Below the pieces are notes generated by a model, which was not told where the DNA came from, searched no databases, and saw only the letters and a program-made list of their open reading frames with translations. From Eledone cirrhosa (Eukaryota): DNA of 64,000 bases. Position 1 is the stretch's first letter. Every line of letters starts with the position of its first letter. The translations under genes and the position numbers were made by a program. The stretch spans positions 172,918,001-172,982,000 of the forward strand of contig OZ024741.1 in NCBI GenBank assembly GCA_964016885.1. The letters are read 5' to 3'. Shown here in pieces: positions 15,001 to 27,000 of the stretch.

Positions 15001-18000
15001 GTTGACAAGGTGTGATGAGAGGAGAGGGTGGTAGTTGACAAGGTGTGATGAGAGGAGAGGGTGGTAGTTGACAAAGTGTGATGAGAGGAGAGGGTGGCAG
15101 TTGACAAGGTGTGATGAGAGGAGGTGGTGGCAGTTGACAAGGTGTGGTGAGAGGAGGTGAAAGCTGACAAGGTGTGATGAGAGGAGAGGGTGGCAGTTGA
15201 CAAGGTGTGGTGAGAGGAGGTGGTGGCAGTTGACAAGGTGTGATGAGAGGATGTGGTGGCAGTTGACAAGGTGTGGTGAGAGGAGGTGACAGTGGACAAG
15301 GTGTGATGAGAGGAGAGGGTGACATTTGACAAGGTGTGGTGAGAGGAGGTGACAGTGGACAAGGTGTGATGAGAGGAGAGGGTGGCAGTTGACAAGGTGT
15401 GATGAGAGGAGGTGAAATTTGACAAGGTGTGATGAGAGGAGGGGGTGGCAGTTGACAAGGTGTGATGAGAGGACGTGACAGTTGACAAGGTGTGATGAGA
15501 GGAGAGGGTGGCAGTTGAAAAGGTGTGATGACAGGAGAGGGTGGCAGTTGAAAAGGTGTGATGAGAGGAGGTGACAGTTGACAAGGTGTGATGAGAGGAG
15601 GTGGTGGCAGTTGACAAGGTGTGGTGAGAGGAGGTGACAGTGGACAAGGTGTGATGAGAGGAGAGGGTGGATGTTGATAAGATGTGATGAGAGGAGAGGG
15701 TGGCAGTGGACAAGGTGTGATGAGAGGAGACGGTGGCAGTTGACAAGGTGTGGTGAGAGGAGGTGACAGTGGACAAGGTGTGATGAGAGGAGAGGGTGGC
15801 AGTTGACAAGGTGTGATGAGAGGAGGTGGTGGCAGTTTGCAAGGTGTGATGAGAGGAGGTGGTGGCAGTTGACAAGGTGTGGTGAGAGGAGGTGACAGTG
15901 GACAAGGTGTGATGAGAGGAGAGTGTGGATGTTGATAAGGTGTGATGAGAGGTGAGGCTGGCAGTGGACAAGGTGTGATGAGAGGAGACGGTGGCAGTTG
16001 ACAAGGTGTGGTGCGAGGAGAGGGTGGCAGTTGACAAGGTGTGATGAGAGGAGGTGACAGTTGACAAGGTGTGATGACAGGAGGTGACAGTTGACAAGTT
16101 GTGATGAGAGGAGGTCTCAGTTGACAAGGTGTGCTGAGAGGGGGTGGTGGAAGTTGATAAGGCGTGATGAGAGGAGAGGGTGGCAGTTGACAAGGTGTGG
16201 TGAGAGGAGGTGACGGTGGACAAGGTGTGATGAGAGGAGAGGGTGGCTGTTAACAAGGTATGGTGAGAGGAGAGGGTGGTAGTTGACGAGGTGTGCTGAG
16301 AGGAGGTGACGGTTGACAAGGTGTTATGAGAGGAGTGGGTGGCAGTTGACAAGATGTGATGAGAGGAGAGGGTGGCAGTTGACAAGGTGTGATGAGAGGA
16401 GGTGGTGGCAGTTGACAAGGTGTGGTGAGAGGAGGTGACAGTGGACAAGGTGTGATGAGAGGAGAGGGTGACATTTGACAAGGTGTGGTGAGAGGAGGTG
16501 ACAGTGGACAAGGTGTGATGAGAGGAGAGGGTGGCAGTTTACAAGGTGTGATGAGAGGAGGTGAAAGTTGACAAGGTGTGATGAGAGGACGTGACAGTTG
16601 ACAAGGTGTGATGAGAGGAGAGGGTGGCAGTTGAAAAGGTGTGATGACAGGAGAGGGTGGCAGTTGAAAAGGTGTGATGAGAGGAGGTGACAGTTGACAA
16701 GGTGTGATGAGAGGAGATGGTAACAGGTGACAAGGTGTGATGAGAGGAGGTGGTGGCAGTTGACAAGGTGTGGTGAGAGGAGGTGACAGTGGACAAGGTG
16801 TGATGAGAGGAGAGGGTGGATGTTGATAAGGTGTGATGAGAGGAGAGGAGGCAGTTGACAAGGTGTGATGAGAGGAGACGGTGGCAGTTGACAATGTGTG
16901 ATGAGAGGAGAGGGTGGCTGTTGACAAGGTATGGTGAAAGGAGAGGGTGGTAGTTGACGAGGTGTGCTGAGAAGAGAGGGTGGTAGTTGACGAGGTGTGA
17001 TGAGAGGAGGTGACGGTTGACAAGGTATTATGAGAGGAGTGGGTGGCAGTTGACAAGGTGTGATGGGAGGAGAGGGTGGCAGTTGACAAGGTGTGATGAG
17101 AGGGGGTGACAGTTGACAAGGTGTGGTGAGATGAGAGGGTGGCAGTTGACAAGGTGTGATGAGAGGAGTTGACAGTTGACAAGGTGTGATGTGAGGAGAG
17201 GGTGGCAGTTGACAAGGTGTGGTGAGAGGACACGGTGGCAGTTGACAAGGTGTGATGAGAGGAGGTGGTGGCAGTTGACGAGGTGTTGTGAGAGGAGGTG
17301 AAAGTTGACAAGGTGTGATGAGAGGAGAGGGTGGCAGTTGACAAGGTGTGATGAGAGGAGGTGACAGTTGACAAGGTGTGATGAGAGGAGAGGGTGGCAG
17401 TTGAAAAATGTGGTGAGAGGAGAGGGTGGCTGTTGACAAGGTGTGGTGAGGGGAGAGGGTGGCAGTTGACAAGGTGTGATGAGAGGAGATGGTGACAGTT
17501 GACAAGGTGTGATGAGAGGAGGTGGTGGCAGTTGACAAGGCATGGTGAGAGGAGGTGACAGTGGACAAGGTGTGATGAGAGGAGAGGGTGGATGTTGATA
17601 AGGTGTGATGAGAGGAGAGGGTGGCAGTTGACAAGGTGTGGTGCGAGGAGAGGGTGGCAGTTGACAAGGTTTTGTGAGAGGAGAGGGTGGCAGTTGACAA
17701 GGTGTGATGAGAGGAGGTGACAGTTGACAAGGTGTGCTGAGAGGAGGTGCTGGAAGTTGATAAGGTGTGATGAGAGGAGAGGGTGGCAGTTGACAAGGTG
17801 TGATAAGAGGAGAGGTTGGTAGTTGACAAGGTGTAATGAGGAGAGAGGGCGGCAGTTGACAAGGTGTGATGAGAGGAGGTGACAGTTTACAAGGTGTGAT
17901 GAGAGGAGAGGGTGGCAGTTGACAAGGTGTGATGAGAGGAGAGGGCTGCAGTTGACAAGGTGTAATGAGGAGAGAGGGTGGCAGTTGACAAGGTGTGATG

Positions 18001-21000
18001 AGAGGAGAGGGTGGCTGTTGACAATGTGTGATGAGAGGAGTGGGTGGCAGTTGACAAGGTGTGATGAGAGGAGGTGAAAGTTGACAAGGTGTGATGAGAG
18101 GAGAGTGTGAGAGTTGACAAGGTGTGATGAGCGGAGGTGAAAGTGGACAAGGTGTGATTAGAGGAGAGGGTGGCAGTTGACAAGGTGTGATGAGAGGAGA
18201 GGGTGGCAGTTGGCAAGGTGTGGTGAGAGGAGAGTGTGAGAGTTGACAAGGTGTGATGAGCGGAGGTGAAAGTGGACAAGGTGTGATTAGAGGAGTGTGT
18301 GGCAGTTGACAAGGTGTGTTGAGAGGAGGTGAAAGTTGACAAGGTGTGATGAGAGGAGAGGGTGCCAGTTGACAAGGTTTGATGAGAGGAGAGGGTGGCA
18401 GTTGGCAAGGTGTGGTGAGAGGAGAGGGTGGCAGTTGACATGGTGCGATGAGAGGAGAGGGTGCCAGTTGACAAGGTGCGATGAGAGGAGAGGGTGCCAG
18501 TTGACAAGGTGTGATGAGAGGAGAGGGTGGCAGTTGACAAGGTGTGATGAGAGGAGAGGGTGGCAGTTGACAAGGTGTGATGAGAGGAGAGGGTGGCAGT
18601 TGGCAAGGTGTGGTGAGAGGAGAGGGTGGCAGTTGACAAGGTGCGATGAGAGGAGAGGGTGCCAGTTGACAAGGTGTGATGAGAGGAGAGGGTGGCAGTT
18701 GACAAGGTGTGATGAGAGGAGTGGTTGGCAGTTGACAAGGTGTGATGAGAGGAGAGGGTGGTAGTTGACAAGGTTTGGTGAGAGGAGAGGGTGGCAGTTG
18801 ACAAGGTGTGATGAGAGGAGAGGGTGGCAGTTGACAAGGTGTGATGAGAGGAGTGGTTGGCAGTTGACAAGGTGTGATGAGAGGAGAGGGTGGTAGTTGA
18901 CAAGGTGTGATGAGAGGAGAGGGAGATAGTTGACAAAGTGTGATGAGAGGAGAGGGTGGCAGTTGACAAGGTGTGATGAGAAGAGGTGGCAGTTGACAAG
19001 GTGTGATGAGAGGAGAGGGTGGCAGTTGACAAGGTGTGATGAGAGAAGGTGGTGGCAGTTGACAAGGTGTGGTGAGAGGAGAGGGTGGCAGTTGACGACA
19101 AGGTGTGATGAGAGGAAGTGACAGTTGACAAGGTGTGATGAGAGGAGAGGGTGGCAGTTGAAAAGTTGTGGTGAGAGGAGAGGGTGGCAGTTGACAAGGT
19201 GTGATGAGGGGAGAGGGTGGCAGTTGACAAGGTGTGATGAGAGGAGATGGTGACAGTTGACAAGATGTGATGAGAGGAGGTGGTGGCAGTTGACAAGGTG
19301 TGGTGAGAGGAGGTGACAGTGGACAAGGTGTGATGAGAGGAGAGGGTGGATGTTGATAAGGTGTGATGAGAGGAGAGGTTGGCAGTTGACAAGGTGTGCT
19401 TCTAGGAGAGGGTGGGTTTTGACAAGGTGTGATGAGAGGAGTTGACAGTTGACAAGATGTGATGAGAGGAGGTGACAGTTGACAAGGTGTGCTGAGAAGA
19501 GCTGGTGGAAGTTGATAAGGTGTGATGAGAGGAGAGGGTGGTAGTTGACAAGGTTTGGTGAGAGGATAGGGTGGCAGTTGACAAGGTGTGATGAGAGGAG
19601 GTGACAGTTTACAAGGTGTGATGAGAGGAGAGGGTGGCAGTTGACAAGGTGTGATGAGAGGAGAGGGTTGCAGTTGACAAGGTGTGATGAGAGGAGTCGG
19701 TGGCAGTTGACAAGGTGTGAGGAGAGAGGGTGACAGTTGACAAGGTGTGATGAGTGGAGAGGGTGGCAGTTGACAAGGTGTGATGAGAGGAGTCGGTGGC
19801 AGTTGACAAGGTGTGATGAGAGGAGGTGAAAATTGACAAGGTGTGCTGAGAGGAGAGGGTGAGAGTTGACAAGGTTTGGTGAGAGGAGAGGGTGGCAGTT
19901 GACAAGGTGTGATTAGAGGAGAGGGTGCCAGTTGACAAAGTGTGATGAGAGGAGAGGGTGGCAGTTGACAAGGTGTGATGAGAGGAGAGGGTGGCAATTG
20001 GCAAGGTGTGGTGAGAGGAGAAGGTGGCTGTTGACAAGGTGCGATGCGAGGAGAGGGTGCCAGTTGACAAGGTGTGATGAGAGGAGAGGGTGGCAGTTGA
20101 CAATGTGTGATGCGAGGAGAGGGTGGCAGTTGACAAGGTGTGATGATAGTAGAGGGTGGGAGTTGACAATGTGTGATGAGAGGAGAGTGTGAGAGTTGAC
20201 AAGGTGTAATGAGGGGAGAGGGTGGCAGTTGACAAGTTGTGATTAGAGGAGTGGGTGGTAGTTGACGAGGTGTGATGAGAGGAGAGGGTGGCAGTTGACA
20301 AGGTGTGATGAGAAGAGAGGGTGGCAGTTGACAAGGTGTGATGAGAGGAGAGGGTGGCAGTTGACAAGGTGTGATGAGAGGAGGTGACAGTTTACAAGGT
20401 GTGATGAGCGGAGTTGACAGTTGACAAGGTGTGATTTGAAGAAAGGGTGGCAGTTGACAAGGTGTGATGAGAGGAGGTGAAAGTTGACAAGGTGTGATGA
20501 GAGGAGAGGGTGAGAGTTGACAAGGTTTGGTGAGAGGAGAGGGTGGCAGTTGACAAGGTGTGGTGAGACAAGAGGGTGGCAGTTGACAAGGTGTGATGAG
20601 AGGAGATGGTGCCAGTTGACAAGGTGTGATGAGAGGAGAGGGTGGCAGTTGATAAGGTGGGATGAGAGGAGAGGGTGGCAGTTGACAAGGAGTGATGAGA
20701 GGAGTGGTTGGCAGTTGACAAGGTGTGATGAGAGGAGAGGGTGGTAGTTGACAAGGTGTGATGAGAGGAGGGGGTGCCAGTGGACAAGGTGTGATGAGAG
20801 GAGGTGGTGGCAGTTGACAAGGTGTGGTGAGAGGAGGTGAAAGTTGACAAGGTGTGATGAGAGGAGAGGGTGGCAGTTGACAAGGTGTGATGAGAGGAAG
20901 TGACAGTTGACAAGGTGTGATGAGAGGAGAGGGTGGCAGTTGAAAAGGTGTGGTGAGAGGAGAGGGTGGCTGTTGACAAGTTGTGATGAGGGGAGAGGGT

Positions 21001-24000
21001 GGCAGTTGACAAGGTGTGATGAGAGGAGATGGTGACAGTTGACAAAATGTGATGAGAGGAGGTGGTGGCAGTTGACAAGGTGTGGTGAGAGGAGGTGACA
21101 GTGGACAAGGTGTGATGAGAGGACAGGGTGGCAGTTGACAAGGTGTGGTTCTAGGAGAGGGTGGCTTTTGACAAGGTGTGATGAGAGGAGGTGACAGTTG
21201 ACAAGATTTGATGAGAGGAGGTGACAGTTGACAAGGTGTGCTGAGAGGAGCTGGTGGAAGTTGATAAGGTGTGATGAGAGGAGAGGGTGGTAGTTGACAA
21301 GGTTTGGTGAGAGGATAGGGTGGCATTTGACAAGGTGTGATGAGAGGAGAGGGTGGTAGTTGACAAGGTTTGGTGAGAGGAGAGGGTGGCAGTTGACAAG
21401 GTGTGATGAGAGGAGAGGGTTGCAGTTGACAAGGTGTAATGAGGAGAGAGGGTGACAGTTGACAAGGTGTGATGAGAGGAGAGGGTGGCAGTTGACAAGG
21501 TGTGATGAGAGGAGTGGGTGGCAGTTGACAAGGTGTGATGAGAGGAGGAGAAAGTTGACAAGGTGTGACGAGAGGAGAGGGTGAGAGTTGACAAGGTTTG
21601 GTAAGAGGAGAGGGTGGCAGTTGGCAATGTGTGGTGAGAGGAGAGGGTGTCAGTTGACAAGGTGTGATGAGAGGAGAGGGTGCCAGTTGACAAGATGTGA
21701 TGAGAGGAGAAGGTGGCAGTTGGCAAGGTGTGGTGAGAGGAGAGGGTGGCTGTTGACAAGGTGTGGTGAGGGGAGAGGGTGGCAGTTGACAAGGTGTGAT
21801 GAGAGGAGATGGTGACAGTTGACAAGGTGTGATGAGAGGAGGTGGTGGCAGTTGACAAGGCGTGGTGAGAGGAGGTGACAGTGGACAAGGTGTGATGAGA
21901 GGAGAGGGTGGATGTTGATAAGGTGTGATGAGAGGAGAGGGTGGCAGTTGACAAGGTGTGGTGCGAGGAGAGGGTGGCAGTTGACAAGGTTTGGTGAGAG
22001 GAGAGGGTGGCAGTTGACAAGGTGTGATGAGAGGAGGTGACAGTTGACAAGGTGTGCTGAGAGGAGGTGCTGGAAGTTGATAAGGTGTGATGAGAGGAGA
22101 GGGTGGCAGTTGACAAGGTGTGATAAGAAAAGAGGTTGGTAGTTGACAAGGTGTAATGAGGAGAGAGGGCGGCAGTTGACAAGGTGTGATGAGAGGAGGT
22201 GACAGTTTACAAGGTGTGATGAGAGGAGAGGGTGGCAGTTGACAATGTGTGATGAGAGGAGTGGGTGGCAGTTGACAATGTGTGATGAGAGGAGGTGAAA
22301 GTTGACAAGGTGTGATGAGAGGAGAGTGTGAGAGTTGACAAGGTGTGATGAGCGGAGGTGAAAGTGGACAAGGTGTGATTAGAGGAGAGGGTGGCAGTTG
22401 ACAAGGTGTGATGAGAGGAGGTGAAAGTTGACAAGGTGTGATGAGAGGAGAGGGTGAGAGTTGACAAGGTGTGTTGAGAGGAGGTGAAAGTTGACAAGGT
22501 GTGATGAGAGGAGAGGGTGCCAGTTGACAAGGTGTGATGAGAGGAGGTGAAAGTTGACAAGGTGTGATGAGAGGAGTGGGTGGCAGTTGACAAGGTGTGT
22601 TGAGAGGAGGTGAAAGTTGACAAGGTGTGATGAGAGGAGAGGGTGCCAGTTGACAAGGTGTGATGAGAGGAGAGGGTGGCAGTTGACAAGGTGTGATGAG
22701 AGGAGAGGGTGGCAGTTGGCAAGGTGTGGTGAGAGGAGAGGGTGGCAGTTGACAAGGTGCGATGAGAGGAGAGGGTGCCAGTTGACAAGGTGTGATGAGA
22801 GGAGAGGGTGGCAGTTGACAAGGTGTGATGAGAGGAGTGGGTGGCAGTTGACAAGGTGTGATGAGAGGAGGTGAAAGTTGACAAGGTGTAATGAGAGGAG
22901 AGGGTGAGAGTTGACAAGGTGTGTTGAGAGGAGGTGAAAGTTGACAAGGTGTGATGAGAGGAGAGGGTGCCAGTTGACAAGGTGTGATGAGAGGAGGTGA
23001 AAGTTGACAAGGTGTGATGAGAGGAGTGGGTGGCAGTTGACAAGGTGTGTTGAGAGGAGGTGAAAGTTGACAAGGTGTGATGAGAGGAGAGGGTGCCAGT
23101 TGACAAGGTGTGATGAGAGGAGAGGGTGGCAGTTGACAAGGTGTGATGAGAGGAGAGGGTGGCAGTTGGCAAGGTGTGGTGAGAGGAGAGGGTGGCAGTT
23201 GACAAGGTGCGATGAGAGGAGAGGGTGCCAGTTGACAAGGTGTGATGAGAGGAGAGGGTGGCAGTTGACAAGGTGTGATGAGAGGAGAGGGTGGCAGTTG
23301 ACAAGGTGTGATGAGAGGAGTGGTTGGCAGTTGACAAGGTGTGATGAGAGGAGAGGGTGGTAGTTGACAAGGTTTGGTGAGAGGAGAGGGTGGCAGTTGA
23401 CAAGGTGTGATGAGAGGAGAGGGTGGCAGTTGACAAGGTGTGATGAGAGGAGTGGTTGGCAGTTGACAAGGTGTGATGAGAGGAGAGGGTGGTAGTTGAC
23501 AAGGTGTGATGAGAGGAGAGGGAGATAGTTGACAAAGTGTGATGAGAGGAGAGGGTGGCAGTTGACAAGGTGTGATGAGAAGAGGTGGCAGTTGACAAGG
23601 TGTGATGAGAGGAGAGGGTGGCAGTTGACAAGGTGTGATGAGAGAAGGTGGTGGCAGTTGACAAGGTGTGGTGAGAGGAGAGGGTGGCAGTTGACGACAA
23701 GGTGTGATGAGAGGAAGTGACAGTTGACAAGGTGTGATGAGAGGAGAGGGTGGCAGTTGAAAAGTTGTGGTGAGAGGAGAGGGTGGCAGTTGACAAGGTG
23801 TGATGAGGGGAGAGGGTGGCAGTTGACAAGGTGTGATGAGAGGAGATGGTGACAGTTGACAAGATGTGATGAGAGGAGGTGGTGGCAGTTGACAAGGTGT
23901 GGTGAGAGGAGGTGACAGTGGACAAGGTGTGATGAGAGGAGAGGGTGGATGTTGATAAGGTGTGATGAGAGGAGAGGGTGGCAGTTGACAAGGTGTGCTT

Positions 24001-27000
24001 CTAGGAGAGGGTGGGTTTTGACAAGGTGTGATGAGAGGAGGTGACAGTTGACAAGATGTGATGAGAGGAGGTGACAGTTGACAAGGTGTGCTGAGAAGAG
24101 CTGGTGGAAGTTGATAAGGTGTGATGAGAGGAGAGGGTGGTAGTTGACAAGGTTTGGTGAGAGGATAGGGTGGCAGTTGACAAGGTGTGATGAGAGGAGG
24201 TGACAGTTTACAAGGTGTGATGAGAGGAGAGGGTGGCAGTTGACAAGGTGTGATGAGAGGAGAGGGTTGCAGTTGACAAGGTGTGATGAGAGGAGTCGGT
24301 GGCAGTTGACAAGGTGTGAGGAGAGAGGGTGACAGTTGACAAGGTGTGATGAGTGGAGAGGGTGGCAGTTGACAAGGTGTGATGAGAGGAGTCGGTGGCA
24401 GTTGACAAGGTGTGATGAGAGGAGGTGAAAATTGACAAGGTGTGCTGAGAGGAGAGGGTGAGAGTTGACAAGGTTTGGTGAGAGGAGAGGGTGGCAGTTG
24501 ACAAGGTGTGATGAGAGGAGAGGGTGGCAGTTGACAAGGTGTGATGAGAGGAGAGGGTGAGAGTTGACAAGGTTTGGTGAGAGGAGAGGGTGGCAGTTGA
24601 CAAGGTGTGGTGAGACAAGAGGGTGGCAGTTGACAAGGTGTGATGAGAGGAGATGGTGCCAGTTGACAAGGTGTGATGAGAGGAGAGGGTGGCAGTTGAT
24701 AAGGTGTGATGAGAGGAGAGGGTGGCAGTTGACAAGGAGTGATGAGAGGAGTGGTTGGCAGTTGACAAGGTGTGATGAGAGGAGAGGGTGGTAGTTGACA
24801 AGGTGTGATGAGAGGAGGGGGTGCCAGTGGACAAGGTGTGATGAGAGGAGGTGGTGGCAGTTGACAAGGTGTGGTGAGAGGAGGTGAAAGTTGACAAGGT
24901 GTGATGAGAGGAGAGGGTGGCAGTTGACAAGGTGTGATGAGAGGAAGTGACAGTTGACAAGGTGTGATGAGAGGAGAGGGTGGCAGTTGAAAAGGTGTGG
25001 TGAGAGGAGAGGGTGGCTGTTGACAAGTTGTGATGAGGGGAGAGGGTGGCAGTTGACAAGGTGTGATGAGAGGAGATGGTGACAGTTGACAAAATGTGAT
25101 GAGAGGAGGTGGTGGCAGTTGACAAGGTGTGGTGAGAGGAGGTGACAGTGGACAAGGTGTGATGAGAGGACAGGGTGGCAGTTGACAAGGTGTGGTTCTA
25201 GGAGAGGGTGGCTTTTGACAAGGTGTGATGAGAGGAGGTGACAGTTGACAAGATTTGATGAGAGGAGGTGACAGTTGACAAGGTGTGCTGAGAGGAGCTG
25301 GTGGAAGTTGATAAGGTGTGATGAGAGGAGAGGGTGGTAGTTGACAAGGTTTGGTGAGAGGATAGGGTGGCATTTGACAAGGTGTGATGAGAGGAGAGGG
25401 TGGTAGTTGACAAGGTTTGGTGAGAGGAGAGGGTGGCAGTTGACAAGGTGTGATGAGAGGAGAGGGTTGCAGTTGACAAGGTGTAATGAGGAGAGAGGGT
25501 GACAGTTGACAAGGTGTGATGAGAGGAGAGGGTGGCAGTTGACAAGGTGTGATGAGAGGAGTGGGTGGCAGTTGACAAGGTGTGATGAGAGGAGGAGAAA
25601 GTTGACAAGGTGTGACGAGAGGAGAGGGTGAGAGTTGACAAGGTTTGGTAAGAGGAGAGGGTGGCAGTTGGCAATGTGTGGTGAGAGGAGAGGGTGTCAG
25701 TTGACAAGGTGTGATGAGAGGAGAGGGTGCCAGTTGACAAGATGTGATGAGAGGAGAAGGTGGCAGTTGGCAAGGTGTGGTGAGAGGAGAGGGTGGCTGT
25801 TGACAAGGTGCGATGAGAGGGGAGGGTGCCAGTTGACAAGGTGTGATGAGAGTAGGTGACTGTTGACAATGTGTGATGAGAGGAGAGGGTGGCAGTTGAC
25901 AAGGTGAGATGAGAAGAGAGGGTGGCAGTTGACAAGGTGTAATGAGGGGAGAGGGTGGCAGTTGACAAGGTGTGATGAGAGGATGTGAAAGTTGACAAGG
26001 TGTGATGAGAGGAGAGGGTGGCAGTTGACAAGGTGTGATGAGAGGAGGTGAAAGTTGACAAGGTGTGATTAGAGGAGACGGTGGCAGATGACAAGGTGTG
26101 ATTAGAGGAGTGGGTGGCAGTTGACAAGGTGTGATGAGAGGAGGTGAAAGTTGACAAGGTGTGATGAGAGGAGAGGGTGGCAGTTGACAAGGTTTGATGA
26201 GAGGAAGTGACAGTTGACAAGGTGTGATGAGAGGAGAGGGTGGCAGTTGAAAAGGTGTGGTGAGAGGAGAGGGTGGCTGTTGACAAGGTGTGATGAGGGG
26301 AGAGGGTGGCACTTGACAAGGTGTGATTAGAGGAGATGGTGACAGTTGACAAGATGTGATGATTGGAGGTGGTGGCAGTTGACAAGGTGTGGTGAGAGGA
26401 GGTGACAGTGGACAAGGTGTGATGAGAGGAGAGGGTGGCAGTTGACAAGGTGTGGTTCTAGGAGAGGGTGGCTTTTGACAAGGTGTGATGAGAGGAGGTG
26501 ACAGTTGACAAGATTTGATGAGAGGAGGTGACAGTTGACAAGGTGTGCTGAGAGGAGCTGGTGGAAGTTGATAAGGTGTGATGAGAGGAGAGGGTGGTAG
26601 TTGACAAGGTTTGGTGAGAGGATAGGGTGGCAGTTGACAAGGTGTGATGAGAGGAGAGGGTGGTAGTTGACAAGGTTTGGTGAGAGGAGAGGGTGGCAGT
26701 TGACAAGGTGTGATGAGAGGAGAGGGTTGCAGTTGACAAGGTGTAATGAGGAGAGAGGGTGACAGTTGACAAGGTGTGCTGAGAGGAGCTGGTGGCATTT
26801 GACAAGGTGTGATGAGAGGAGTGGGTGGCAGTTGACAAGGTGTGATGAGAGGAGAGGGTGGCAGTTGACAAGGTGTGATGAGAGGAGAGGTTTGCAGTTG
26901 ACAAGGTGTAATGAGGAGAGAGGGTGACAGTTGACAAGGTGTGAGGAGAGGAGAGGGTGGCAGTTGACAAGGTGTGATGAGAGGAGTGGGTGGCAGTTGA

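Noticed and set aside
19501-19508. E. coli Chi site GCTGGTGG in one variant unit, and the TTGACA -35 box in most units
   Set aside because: Bacterial signals with no meaning here; chance products of the unit sequence.
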